A DNA stretch of 64,000 bases from Paracoccaceae bacterium (GCA_965220985.1 OZ244854.1:3823115-3887114); one strand, 5' to 3'; positions 1 to 9,800 are shown, counted from the first letter of the stretch. Numbers and translations: made by a program. Notes: generated from the sequence alone by a model not told the origin.

Positions 1-538
1 CCGACAGGTCGGATGGTCCGATGAACAGGCAATCGACTCCGTCAACGCCGAGCAAGGCATCGAGGTTTTGCAATGCCTTCCTGCTTTCGAGCTGAATGAT
101 CAGGCACGCTTCCTGATTGGCGGTCGAGAGGTAGTCGTCGGTCAGGCCGAACTGTCCCGCCCTCGTTCCGGACGCCACGCCCCGAATCCCCTCGGGCGGA
201 TAACGCATGGCTTGCACCAGTGCCTCGGCGTATTCGACCGAATCCACCATCGGGATGAGGAGGGTCTGTGCGCCTGCATCCATGAACTGCTTGATCAGAT
301 GAGGCTGCCCTTCGACGACCCTGACAACGGCAGGTGTCCCGGTCGCATCCAACGCGACCAACTGGTCGCGGACCGAAAGCACGTCATTCGTGGAGTGCTC
401 GCTGTCGATGACGATCCAGTCGAATCCGGCGTGGCCGAGGAGCTCGGCTGCAAGCGGGGAGCCGAGACTGTGAAACAGGCCCACGCTGGGCTGTCCCTCG
501 CGCAACATTCGCTTCAGTTCGTTGATTCGTGCCGGCAT
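1..538 (-). CDS. HpcH/HpaI-family aldolase (2,4-dihydroxyhept-2-enedioate aldolase-like); 3' end lies outside the window
   Basis: My own minus-strand translation from the ATG at 536-538 reads MPARINELKRMLREGQPSVGLFHSLGSPLAAELLGHAGFDWIVIDSEHS...LIIQLESRKAL...GVDCLFIGPSDLS, which is typical of HpcH/HpaI aldolases. It is absent from the ORF track because it runs off the window. It starts 13 nt downstream of the lyase gene on the same strand. Confidence 0.7.
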   Translation of the reverse strand, partial: MPARINELKRMLREGQPSVGLFHSLGSPLAAELLGHAGFDWIVIDSEHSTNDVLSVRDQLVALDATGTPAVVRVVEGQPHLIKQFMDAGAQTLLIPMVDSVEYAEALVQAMRYPPEGIRGVASGTRAGQFGLTDDYLSTANQEACLIIQLESRKALQNLDALLGVDGVDCLFIGPSDLS

Positions 539-550
539 GTGATCGACTCC

Positions 551-1909
551 TCAATCCGGGTCCGAGTTCCCTCTCCGATCGGCTCGATCAAGCCCGATCG
601 ACAGTGAACCGAGGAACTGTTCGACGATTTCCCGGGCTTCGCCGATTTGCGATGCGGGTGCAAACACCTCGTCCCAATCGATCGACATTCCCGGGTCGGT
701 CCTTTCCTCGAGAATCTCTCTCAAGGGACGCCCCTGCTCGATGGCATCCTGGCAGGACCTCTTGACGATATCGCGGGCTGACACAAGACCGATGTGCTCG
801 GCGAGCGCGAAACATGCCGATTCGCCCATCATGACGCCGCCCGACGACTCAAGCACGCGACTGGCTTTCACCTCATCGACCGACATCGTCTGAACAGCTT
901 CGGTGGTCAGCAGCATTGCCGATCCGGTCATGACGATCATGTTCTGCAAAGCCTCTCGTTCCTGGAACCAGGCGGTGCCGTCGCGTTCCTGCGGATGAAT
1001 CATGGCCTCTTGGACCTGTGCGACGAGTCCCGCATTGATTCTTGCGATCGCGAGGATCGCTTCTTCGCGTGTCGGGTTTGACTTGTGCGGCATCGTGCTC
1101 GAACTGCCACCGCCCCCCGCCCGAACGCCGTCGTCGGCCTGGGCCGAAAGCAGCAGGTCGAGCGCGAGCTTCCCGAGGCTCCCCGTGATCATCGCAAGAA
1201 TGCCGGCGAATTCTGCGAAACCGTCTCTTGCCGTGTGCCACGGCATCGCCTCGTCGCCGAGATCGAGTTTCTTTGCGAGCAGCGAAGCGGTTTCGATGCC
1301 CCTGCCCTCGAAAGCCGACAGGTTGCCTGAAGCCCCGGCGAGGCTGACGACCAGCAACCGTGGTCGCAGTTCCTTCAGACGATCCCGATGCCGCACGAGC
1401 GGCGCGAGCCAACCCGCGATTCGAAGTCCGTGGGTCGTGGGGGTCGCGACCTGGTTTCGCGTTCTTGCCGCAATGACGGTTTCCGCATGCTCGGACGCCA
1501 GTGACGCCAGTCTTCCGATGATGACTTTCAGTCGGATGTCGAACTCGTCGAGCACATCCCTCAGGCAGAGGACGAGCGCCGTGTCCATGACGTCCTGGCT
1601 GGTTGGTCCCCGATGGACCAGGTTGGCAAGTTGCCCCGCGCCTTCGTCCGCCAGGTACTGTCTGAAGTCGGCGAGAATGGCCGGAACCGGTACACCGTCG
1701 CGAACGTACCCTGATCTGACATTTTCACGATCAGGCATAAAGTGCTCGGCGAAGTCCGCAAGGAGTTCTGCATCTTCAGGCGACATCAACCCCAAGGACG
1801 CCTGGACTTCTGCGAGGGCAGTCTCCACCCGCATGATCTCCAGGATCTGTACGTCCTCCGAAATCAGCGAAGCAATTTCCCGATCTTGAAACAGCGGGTT
1901 CTTCCACAT
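551..1909 (-). CDS. fumarate-lyase superfamily enzyme (3-carboxy-cis,cis-muconate cycloisomerase / adenylosuccinate lyase-like)
   Basis: The ORF at 551..1954 contains the lyase signature GSSTMPHKSNP. I chose the ATG at 1909 (MWKNPLF); the track start at 1954 is a TTG extension. Confidence 0.75.
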   Translation of the reverse strand: MWKNPLFQDREIASLISEDVQILEIMRVETALAEVQASLGLMSPEDAELLADFAEHFMPDRENVRSGYVRDGVPVPAILADFRQYLADEGAGQLANLVHRGPTSQDVMDTALVLCLRDVLDEFDIRLKVIIGRLASLASEHAETVIAARTRNQVATPTTHGLRIAGWLAPLVRHRDRLKELRPRLLVVSLAGASGNLSAFEGRGIETASLLAKKLDLGDEAMPWHTARDGFAEFAGILAMITGSLGKLALDLLLSAQADDGVRAGGGGSSSTMPHKSNPTREEAILAIARINAGLVAQVQEAMIHPQERDGTAWFQEREALQNMIVMTGSAMLLTTEAVQTMSVDEVKASRVLESSGGVMMGESACFALAEHIGLVSARDIVKRSCQDAIEQGRPLREILEERTDPGMSIDWDEVFAPASQIGEAREIVEQFLGSLSIGLDRADRRGNSDPD

Positions 1910-2065
1910 TTTTTGATCTCTCTGCGGTTCCTGGTTTGCCTTCGCAACGATCAATCAACCAGAATCGCCGCGATGAGAACCCCGAATTGCGCGAAATCGC
2001 AAGGAAATCGAGCGAAGCTGTGCCGGAGCTCCTTGCTTGGCGCACGCAATCCAACGGCAAAACGA

Positions 2066-2974
2066 TCAGGCCGCTGTTACGGGCACACGATCGGCAAGTG
2101 ACGATTCCATCTCCATCCAGTCGAGAAAAGCGTCGGACGCCGGTGTGCGGGCGTGCGCGGACGGCGACAGGAGATAGTAGCCTTCGTTCAATTTTCCACG
2201 AAACTCGAAGGGACGAACCAGGTCGCCTTTTTCAAGCAGGTCCGAGACCAGCGAGTCGTGCGCCATCGACATGCCTGCACCGTTAAGCGCCGCCGTGATC
2301 GCGATCACGAACGTGGAGGTCAGATTGACGTCATTTTCGCGACCGAACTCCATTCCCTGCATCTTGAACCAGTTGCCCCACGTTCCGGAGACACCGACGC
2401 AGTCGAGCAGCGTTGCAGAGTTCAGGTCGACATCGCCACTCTGATAGCCGGGCGAACAAACGGGAAAAAAGCGCTCTTCGGCGAGCCGGATCGCCGCTCT
2501 CGACATGTCGTCGCCCCGTCCGAAACGGATTTCGACGGATGCGTTTGCGGCATTGCGTTCGGGATCCCAGATCGGCGTCACTATGTTGAGCACGAGCCAG
2601 GGACATGCGGCGTAGAGTCGGTGCAAGCGCGGCGCCAGCCAGAACACCGAGAAGGCCATGTTGCACTGGATGGTCATGTTGCGGCCCCGGTCGCCTCCGA
2701 CACAGGCCCGGGTGCTCGTGGCAATCAGGTCGAATGCGTCACGCAGCCCCGGCAGGTAATTCGCACCAACCTCGGTCAGTTCGAGGGCGCGAGTCTTGCG
2801 AACGAAAAGGTCGCGACCAAGGAACGACTCGAGGCTGCGGACATGCTGCGAAACGGCGGACTGCGTCAGGTTGAGTTCGCCCGCAGCGCGCGTGAAACTC
2901 AGGTGGCGCGCGGTGGCCTCGAACGCCCGCAGCCAGTTGAGAGGTGGGAGGCCGGAGTTCTGCATTTGACCCAT
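2066..2974 (-). CDS. LysR-family transcriptional regulator (GcvA-like)
   Basis: The N-terminal wHTH reads LNWLRAFEATARHLSFTRAAGELNLTQSAVSQHVRSLE. The protein is 302 aa, which is typical. Confidence 0.85.
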   Translation of the reverse strand: MGQMQNSGLPPLNWLRAFEATARHLSFTRAAGELNLTQSAVSQHVRSLESFLGRDLFVRKTRALELTEVGANYLPGLRDAFDLIATSTRACVGGDRGRNMTIQCNMAFSVFWLAPRLHRLYAACPWLVLNIVTPIWDPERNAANASVEIRFGRGDDMSRAAIRLAEERFFPVCSPGYQSGDVDLNSATLLDCVGVSGTWGNWFKMQGMEFGRENDVNLTSTFVIAITAALNGAGMSMAHDSLVSDLLEKGDLVRPFEFRGKLNEGYYLLSPSAHARTPASDAFLDWMEMESSLADRVPVTAA

Positions 2975-2982
2975 TACTCATG

Positions 2983-2999
2983 CATTAGATTTTCTAATG
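2983..2999. promoter_or_regulatory. LysR-type T-N11-A box (perfect 7-3-7 palindrome CATTAGA-TTT-TCTAATG)
   Basis: Read directly in the sequence 9 nt upstream of the lysR ATG, in the lysR / desaturase divergent region. Confidence 0.45.
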
Positions 3000-3216
3000 G
3001 ACTACCTCAGGATTCATCGTTTGTCAGCTTCGAATTCTCGTGAATTGATCTCGCCATTGCAGAGCCGTGACGGTGGCGCATCGATGGCAGATTTCGTGGG
3101 AGAATCGGACGGGTTGCTCGATCCGTCACTCGCTTGCAGTGCGCCGACCCAGTGTCCTGCCAAAGTCGTCACGTTTCGGTTGTCGCTTGAACGAGCTGAC
3201 AGGTTGAGGATCGCCG

Positions 3217-4245
3217 ATGTCTCTTGACGCTCCAACCAATGCGGCTTCGTCGGGCGTCTGCCTCGACCGGAAATCCCTCAAGAGAATCGCGACCCGTTCG
3301 GACAGGCCAGGGCTGATCTATCTTGCGACCTGGATTCTCTCGCTCGCCCTGGCGGGCAGCCTGGTCTGGATCAGCATCGGAACCGCTTGGGTCTGGCCAG
3401 CCATGTTTGTCCATGGCGTGCTTCTGACCGTGCCATCCTATTCGCTCAGCCACGAAACCGCTCACGGAACTGCATTCCGAAGCCGGCGGCTGGGCGAGGC
3501 CGTTCTGTGGGTCACGTCATTGATTTACATGGAGGAACCGCTCCATCGTCGCTACACCCACACGAATCATCACAGCCATACCTGGCATGTCGGCAAGGAC
3601 AGCCAGATGCCCTTCGACACGCCCATGACGTTTGGCGGATGGGTGGCCGAAATCACCGGGTTCGCGTTGTTGCGTTTTCACATGCTGGCATTCCTGCGAC
3701 TCGCGACACGGAACTACACCGAAACGATGCGGTCGGTCGCGCCTGAGCAGGACTTGCCGAAAATGACCAGAAACGCGCGCGTGATGCTGGCCATCTATGG
3801 ACTGATCGCCGCAGCACCCTTTGGCGGGATCTGGTGGCCGATCTGGCTCCTTGCCATTCCCCGCGTGCTTGGCACACCCGTCATGCTCCTGTTCACGCTG
3901 ATCCAGCACGTCGAACTGCAAGAGAATTCGCCATCGATTCTGGAGAGCACACGCTCGTTTCGCGGCAACTGGCTGGTCGGTTTCCTCTACCTGAACATGA
4001 ACAATCACGTGGAGCACCACCTCTATCCGCAGGTGCCGTTCTACGCCCTGCCCGACCTTGCGCGCGAGATCGAGGACCAGGTTCCCGCCCCTGACCCGGG
4101 GTTCTTCCGCACGAACTGGGAAGTCTTCGTGGTGACGTTGCGCCGTTCGTTGGGGCTGTCGACAAAGGCTGCCAGCATCAGACAGGCCCCGCACATGATC
4201 ACCGAGGGAGGACCAGTTGAGCGATTCGCTTGCAGGTCGATGTGA
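3217..4245 (+). CDS. membrane fatty-acid desaturase family protein
   Basis: Three His boxes (HETAHG, HTNHHSH, HVEHHLYP) and hydrophobic segments. A GAGGAT RBS precedes the ATG. Confidence 0.8.
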   Translation: MSLDAPTNAASSGVCLDRKSLKRIATRSDRPGLIYLATWILSLALAGSLVWISIGTAWVWPAMFVHGVLLTVPSYSLSHETAHGTAFRSRRLGEAVLWVTSLIYMEEPLHRRYTHTNHHSHTWHVGKDSQMPFDTPMTFGGWVAEITGFALLRFHMLAFLRLATRNYTETMRSVAPEQDLPKMTRNARVMLAIYGLIAAAPFGGIWWPIWLLAIPRVLGTPVMLLFTLIQHVELQENSPSILESTRSFRGNWLVGFLYLNMNNHVEHHLYPQVPFYALPDLAREIEDQVPAPDPGFFRTNWEVFVVTLRRSLGLSTKAASIRQAPHMITEGGPVERFACRSM

Positions 4246-4525
4246 AACGGAGCCTTGTCGGAAATGCATTCGATTTCGTCGTGACCAGTGTCGGCCAACC
4301 AAGGACAGAAATGAAATTCTTTCAAAAGAGCGGTGACGGTTCGCCCGATCTCGATCAGCAGCGACTGCCTTGTCATGGCAAGAACAGTCTCGAATTCGAC
4401 CGGTTTCTCCAGCGTGCCCTGGTCGCGTTGCTGCGGTTCACGGGAATCGGTATCGGCAGATTCCTGGGCATCATGATTCGATTGCCCGCCCTGCCCGTGC
4501 CTTTGCAAACGGAGTCGATCGACCA

Positions 4526-5827
4526 ATGAACGATGCCACCGACTACTCTCGCGCCTTCGCGGCAAAACCGCAGCCATTGACGCTGGAACAGGCAGCCTGG
4601 ATCACGCCCCCGATGCAAGCGGTCGACACTGAGGGCATGATCGATGTGCCGAGGATGCGCCGGTTTCGACAGAACAGGTTGCGTGAGCAGATCCTGGCGC
4701 AAGGATTCGATGCGATCATCCTGATCGAACCGCTGTCGATCCGGTACGCCACCGGTGTCCGCAACTGCACCCTGTTTCAGATGCACATTCAGGCCGGCTA
4801 CCTCTTCATTCCTGCCGAGGGCCCCGTGGTCTATTTCGACACCACGCCCGGCCAGAACACCGGGGCTCAGCTGGAGACCATCGACGAGATCCGATCGGAC
4901 ATCCTGCCGCTGTCCTACATGTTTGCAGGATCGAGGCACCAGGAGTGGGCGGAACACTGGGCCGAGCAGATGGACGACCTGATCCGCACTCATTGCGGCC
5001 AGGGCCGAAAGCGAATCGCAATCGAGCGCGCAGGGTTTCATGCCGAGAAAGCGCTCGAGGCCAAGGGGCACGACTTGGCCGATGTCGCGCCAGTTCTCGC
5101 ATTGGCGCGAAAGATCAAGTGTCCCGAAGAGATCCTCGCCATGAACCAGACCATTGCGGTCGCCGAGGATGGCATGACGAGGATGCGCGATGCCTTGCGC
5201 AACGGCGTGATGGAGCAGGAACTCTGGGCCCACATGTGGTCGGCCCTGATCGAAGGTGGCGGCGAGTGGCTCGATTACCGGCTGCTTGCTTCAGGCGAAC
5301 GCACGAACCCGTGGCAGCAGGAGGCGTCAAGCCGGATGATTCGCGCAGGCGATCTCCTGGTATTCGATTGCGGCATGGTCGGACCGTTCAGTTACGGGGC
5401 GGACGTCTCGCGTGCCTATTGCTGCGGTCCGGGGCGTCCATCCGACGAACAGAAGAAGCTCTATTCGATCGCTCACGAGGAAATTGTGTTGAACACGCAG
5501 CTGGTGAAGTCCGGCGCGGCATTCTCCGATATCGCTCGTGCTCGCTACATCCCACCGGAGGGTTATGGCGACCAACTCTATCCGTGCCTGATGCACGGGA
5601 TCGGAATGGCAGACGAATGGCCGGCGATTCTGCATTCCCCGGACCATCCCGAGTTCTTCGACGGCGAACTCGAGACAGGCATGGTGATGTGCGTTGAAAG
5701 CTACATCGGTGTGGTCGGCGGGGTTGAGGGCGTGAAACTCGAAGACCAGGTTCTCGTCACCGACAGCGGACCAATCGTCCTTAGCCGCTATCCATTCGAA
5801 GAAAGCCTGCTCACCCGAGAGTTTTGA
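4526..5827 (+). CDS. M24-family metallohydrolase (Xaa-Pro dipeptidase / creatinase fold; possibly DddP-like)
   Basis: The C-terminal pita-bread region includes FDCGMVGPFSYGADVSR, LMHGIGMADEWP, CVESYIG and KLEDQVLVT. The start was moved to the ATG at 4526 (MNDATDY). Confidence 0.7.
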   Translation: MNDATDYSRAFAAKPQPLTLEQAAWITPPMQAVDTEGMIDVPRMRRFRQNRLREQILAQGFDAIILIEPLSIRYATGVRNCTLFQMHIQAGYLFIPAEGPVVYFDTTPGQNTGAQLETIDEIRSDILPLSYMFAGSRHQEWAEHWAEQMDDLIRTHCGQGRKRIAIERAGFHAEKALEAKGHDLADVAPVLALARKIKCPEEILAMNQTIAVAEDGMTRMRDALRNGVMEQELWAHMWSALIEGGGEWLDYRLLASGERTNPWQQEASSRMIRAGDLLVFDCGMVGPFSYGADVSRAYCCGPGRPSDEQKKLYSIAHEEIVLNTQLVKSGAAFSDIARARYIPPEGYGDQLYPCLMHGIGMADEWPAILHSPDHPEFFDGELETGMVMCVESYIGVVGGVEGVKLEDQVLVTDSGPIVLSRYPFEESLLTREF

Positions 5828-5923
5828 GCCAAAGAGACCCGCGAGAGGCTCGGGGCGACAACTTCACCAACCGACGCAACGTTCGATTGGGCCGCCTAGC
5901 GCTTGGTGAACGCGCGGCGTGTG

Positions 5924-7294
5924 TCAGGCACCATTCGATTCGTCGCATTGATCCGTTGGATCCGCTTCGAGCACCCGGTCGATGGCCGCCAACGTCCTGA
6001 AGCTGGCGCCGCCGTGCTCCGCCAGAAAAGCCTCGATCTCGACGGTCAAGTCGGTCGGTGGTTCGCCCAAGGCAGAAATCAGCCCATCGCGATCGGGCAC
6101 GCTGCGTGCAAGACCGGCCGCCTCGGCTTCGGCAAACGGGTATTCGATCGTCCAGACATGCGGGCCGGTCAGAACGGGTTTGCCGAGCATCAGAGGTTCG
6201 ATCACGTTGTGCGCTCCGCGCTCGGTGAAACCGCCTCCCACCACGACCTTTTCGGCAAGCGCCAGATAGAAAAACATCTCGCCGAGACTGTCGCCAACCA
6301 ACACGTCGACATCGCCGAGCGGCACGAGAGGCAAGAGGTTCGCATCAAGCGCCTTGCTGCGGCGCTCGACCGAGAGACCCGCTGCAGCAAGTTTTCGGGG
6401 GATGAAGTCAAATCGTTCCGGTGCGCGGGGGACGTAGACGAACAGTGGCAACGACTGACCACGTGACAGTGCCGTGGCCTTCATCGCCGTGATCACGTCG
6501 ACAAACAGGTCTTCCTCTTTCTCCACGCCACTTGCGATGGTGATGACTTCACGTGAATCGTCAATCTCCGCGCGCAGTGATTGCGCAGCAGCGATCTGTT
6601 CGTCCGGCACCGGCTGGTCGAAACGCAACTCTCCGGTCACTGTCACATTGGTGAGGCCGATCGATGCGAACCGCTCCGCCTGAAGTTCCGATTTGACAAA
6701 GGCTCCGGCAAGCCCGTGCATGACCCTTTGCCTCAATCGCAACCCTCGACTGTCGCGTGCAAGCGGTCGCGAGGCGTATTGCCCATTGCACAGATAAAGA
6801 GGCACGCCTGCCGATCGGGCGGCATGGATCATGGCGGGCCAAATCTCGACCTCGAGTGTCAGTGCGATCCGTGGAGAGCACGCCTTGATGAGGCGTCGGT
6901 GACACCAGAGCATGTCGAACGGGAACCAGACGACCGTCACCTCTCCCGAGGCGATCTCCTTGCCGAAGAGACGAGCGGACTCCCGCCGCCCAGCGGGCGT
7001 GACATGTGTCAGCAGGATGCGATCGCCACGATCGATCATCGCCCGAATCAAACCCTGCGCCGACCGAGTCTCGCCAAGGCTGACGGCGTGTATCCAGATG
7101 ACACCCCGAGGCAATTCGCGGCGATAGAATGCAAACCGCTCGCCCAGATGACGACGATAGTCGGGATCGCGGCGCCCTCGCAGCCACAGGTAAGCAACAA
7201 CAATTGGCAACAGGAAAAACCACGCGAGACCGTAGCCCGTGACAATCATCCGTTGAACGACTGTTGGCGAACGGGCGGAGGCATCATGCATCAT
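5924..7294 (-). CDS. waaA: 3-deoxy-D-manno-octulosonic acid (Kdo) transferase
   Basis: An N-terminal membrane anchor is followed by IWIHAVSLGETRSAQGLIRAM, the Kdo-transferase N-domain motif. About 456 aa. Confidence 0.8.
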   Translation of the reverse strand: MMHDASARSPTVVQRMIVTGYGLAWFFLLPIVVAYLWLRGRRDPDYRRHLGERFAFYRRELPRGVIWIHAVSLGETRSAQGLIRAMIDRGDRILLTHVTPAGRRESARLFGKEIASGEVTVVWFPFDMLWCHRRLIKACSPRIALTLEVEIWPAMIHAARSAGVPLYLCNGQYASRPLARDSRGLRLRQRVMHGLAGAFVKSELQAERFASIGLTNVTVTGELRFDQPVPDEQIAAAQSLRAEIDDSREVITIASGVEKEEDLFVDVITAMKATALSRGQSLPLFVYVPRAPERFDFIPRKLAAAGLSVERRSKALDANLLPLVPLGDVDVLVGDSLGEMFFYLALAEKVVVGGGFTERGAHNVIEPLMLGKPVLTGPHVWTIEYPFAEAEAAGLARSVPDRDGLISALGEPPTDLTVEIEAFLAEHGGASFRTLAAIDRVLEADPTDQCDESNGA

Positions 7295-8238
7295 GCCGAC
7301 CGTCCTGCGGCACGGGTGAGCCAGGGGTCGTCAGCCCGCGGCGATAATGGCAGGTCGTTCGTGTCGAGACGCGCGATCAGCATGGGATCGTCAGAACTCC
7401 GCCACATCTCCGGGACCACCGTGAATCCAAAATGAAACCCTGCCGCACTTACCGAGCGACGGACATCCTGCGTTTCGTCACCGTAAGGGTAGCAATAGTA
7501 CCCTCCATCGACTGGCGCTCCAATCGAGCGCATTGCCTCCACCGCCCCGGCCACTTCGGAGGCAAGTTCGTCGGGACTGACGAGACCGTGCCAAAGGTGA
7601 CGGTCTCCATGCCCACCGAACTCCATGCCCGCCGCGCGCATCTCCCGCGCCTGCTCTGGCGTCAGATAGAGTTCCTCGGCAAAGCCATCCACGTCAGTGC
7701 TGACATGTTTTTGAAAGAGCGCCGTTCCGATCTCGTTGCTGATCCGGGCCGGCAAAACGTGTTGAATCAGTCGCTTCGCATAGGCAACCTCGGGGCCATC
7801 AAAGCGATTGGGAATGAAGTGTTTCGCCCGCAGCTGCGACACGTCGATGTCGTGTTCCGTTGACAGGATCGAGTCGATTTCATTGGCGACCTCCGAGCGG
7901 CAAGGATGGCTCGCCAGCGTGAACTGCAACAGATTCGGATCGAGCATCTTGCGATCGATCAATGAAGACCGAGGGGCAAAGAAAAGACCCGACAGCCCCC
8001 GCTCGACCAAGCGTGGAAAGACGTGCTCGTAGTGGTCGCAATACCCGTCATCAAAGGTCAGGAGACATGCCCGAGGCGGCAAGGGCACGCCATCTTCGCG
8101 CGCTGCCTTCAGCTCTGCCGGCGAAATGACGTTGTAATGAGTCTGCAAGTGTTCGAGCTGGCCGAGAAAGTCATCAAGTTCCAATGCGTTGAGACTTGGA
8201 AAGTCACTGTCTTGAACCGGACGCACGTAGTGATACAT
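7291..8238 (-). CDS. polysaccharide deacetylase family protein
   Basis: Contains the LTFDDGY motif and GGHGDRHLWH. Its stop overlaps the waaA start by 4 nt. I chose the ATG at 8238 (MYHYVRP) so that it does not overlap the upstream GNAT gene. Confidence 0.7.
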   Translation of the reverse strand: MYHYVRPVQDSDFPSLNALELDDFLGQLEHLQTHYNVISPAELKAAREDGVPLPPRACLLTFDDGYCDHYEHVFPRLVERGLSGLFFAPRSSLIDRKMLDPNLLQFTLASHPCRSEVANEIDSILSTEHDIDVSQLRAKHFIPNRFDGPEVAYAKRLIQHVLPARISNEIGTALFQKHVSTDVDGFAEELYLTPEQAREMRAAGMEFGGHGDRHLWHGLVSPDELASEVAGAVEAMRSIGAPVDGGYYCYPYGDETQDVRRSVSAAGFHFGFTVVPEMWRSSDDPMLIARLDTNDLPLSPRADDPWLTRAAGRSA

Positions 8239-8279
8239 CACCGTCGTCAACAGTTGTGCGGCAGGGTTGGGGGAAGCGG

Positions 8280-9404
8280 TCAAGTCGGACGCCCGATTGG
8301 TTCGCGGTCCAGGTTTTTTTCGTACCAGGCCAATGTCGGACGGTCGAGATCCATGTCGGCGCGCGTGATGTGAAGCCCGGCAAAGTCGTAGAGGCGGTGC
8401 TTTGCATTGCGTCCCCAAATCGCCAGTGACGTTGTTGGAGGTCGTCGCAGCTCCACCGGATAAAACAGGGATGGCAGTTCGACCAGCGGATCATCGACAG
8501 CGGAACTCCAGCCGCGAGCACGAAACTGGGCAGCAAGCTGTCCCGACGTCAGGGAAACATCGACAAATGCCGCGCCGCGCCTGTTTGCTTGATACTCCAC
8601 GAAGGCGACCGCGGCGCGCAAGTGATCGGGTTCGCCGAACACGTCGATGAGGTGCAGGATGGGCGTCTCTTCGACCATGTCGAGACGCAAGATCACGCCC
8701 GCTCCCTGGCCGTCGCGTTCAGAGTCTCGCACGGCAAACGCCTCGTAGCAAAAGGCAACGTGGTGATCGTGCCGCCAGGAAAGCCGCGCATCATCCCTGG
8801 TGAAGTGACCGAATCGAGACAGGTTCGTTGCAACAGGTGCAAGTTCCGAGGCCGCGACAGGCTGGGATTCCCACGAAATCGCGCGTGCAGATCTTTGACG
8901 CCGTTCGACAATTCGCTGTGCCGAGTCGGAAACTGAGGCGAAGGGCGACAACTTGTTGAAATCGGACACGAAAAAGAACCGCGGGATATGGGCGAGATAG
9001 CTGAACCCCGCGCCGAGGTAGAGCGGCTGGGCTGCCGCCGTGATCCCGCTGCCGGTCAGCACCTCGTAGCGATCCTGCAGGTGCCTGAGCATTCCTCGTC
9101 CGACACCCTTGCCGCGGGCGTCTGCCGAGACAACCCAGGTGGTCAGTTCGGCTCCGCGACACGGTTGACCAAGAAAGGTGAATTCTGCCGGCGTTACGCC
9201 CATGACCGCGACAATCCGATCCCCATCCAGCGCAACAGCGGAATGGTTAGAACCGCATGCTGCTGGTGCAGAGTTCATCTGCCAGTGACAGAAGTCCTCG
9301 CGTTCGAGCGCGATCGGGCGTTCCCAGTGATCACGGTAGAAGGCGCAGATTTCGGCGTTTGACACGCCCGCATCCGCAGCATCAACGATACGAAGACTCG
9401 TCAT
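8280..9404 (-). CDS. GNAT-family N-acetyltransferase with a long C-terminal extension
   Basis: The acetyl-CoA loop reads ARGKGVGRGMLRHL. The start is uncertain: ATG at 9404 or TTG at 9416. Confidence 0.6.
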   Translation of the reverse strand: MTSLRIVDAADAGVSNAEICAFYRDHWERPIALEREDFCHWQMNSAPAACGSNHSAVALDGDRIVAVMGVTPAEFTFLGQPCRGAELTTWVVSADARGKGVGRGMLRHLQDRYEVLTGSGITAAAQPLYLGAGFSYLAHIPRFFFVSDFNKLSPFASVSDSAQRIVERRQRSARAISWESQPVAASELAPVATNLSRFGHFTRDDARLSWRHDHHVAFCYEAFAVRDSERDGQGAGVILRLDMVEETPILHLIDVFGEPDHLRAAVAFVEYQANRRGAAFVDVSLTSGQLAAQFRARGWSSAVDDPLVELPSLFYPVELRRPPTTSLAIWGRNAKHRLYDFAGLHITRADMDLDRPTLAWYEKNLDREPIGRPT

Positions 9405-9482
9405 GGTTACTGCCAATGTTGTCGGCGGGTCATTGTGACTTCGCTGGCCAGATTCGTGGTCTCGGCTGAGGGGTCGTTTGTC

Positions 9483-9800
9483 TCAGCCTGAAAAGATGTC
9501 GCAACTCTCCGAGACGTGCCCATCGATGCCCGCAAGGCCCACGGTATCCGACGTGATCTCGCGCACCTGCGATCCTGCCGGCAACGCCGACAAGACTTGC
9601 TTGACTGCATCAGAGATCACTGCCCTGCCATCTTTGCCTGTCCGATTGAATCCCAAGCCAACACAACCCGGAATCCCGAGACCAACGATGGCATCGTCAC
9701 ATCCTGACATGAACAGTTTGTCCAGGATTTCATCCTCGTCGTCAGCCCCTTTCGGCAGCGAGACCACAATGTCGAACTCGAACTCGTTGTCTTCAACCAT
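9483..9800 (-). CDS. small acidic hypothetical protein
   Basis: High third-position GC. A GAGGAG RBS lies 7 nt upstream of the ATG at 9800 (MVEDNEFEFD...). I recognise no family. Confidence 0.4.
   Translation of the reverse strand: MVEDNEFEFDIVVSLPKGADDEDEILDKLFMSGCDDAIVGLGIPGCVGLGFNRTGKDGRAVISDAVKQVLSALPAGSQVREITSDTVGLAGIDGHVSESCDIFSG

Noticed and set aside
68-607. 179-aa plus-strand ORF at the left edge.
   Set aside because: The minus strand of the same region translates into a clean HpcH/HpaI aldolase sequence with an ATG at 538. The plus-strand product has no motifs.
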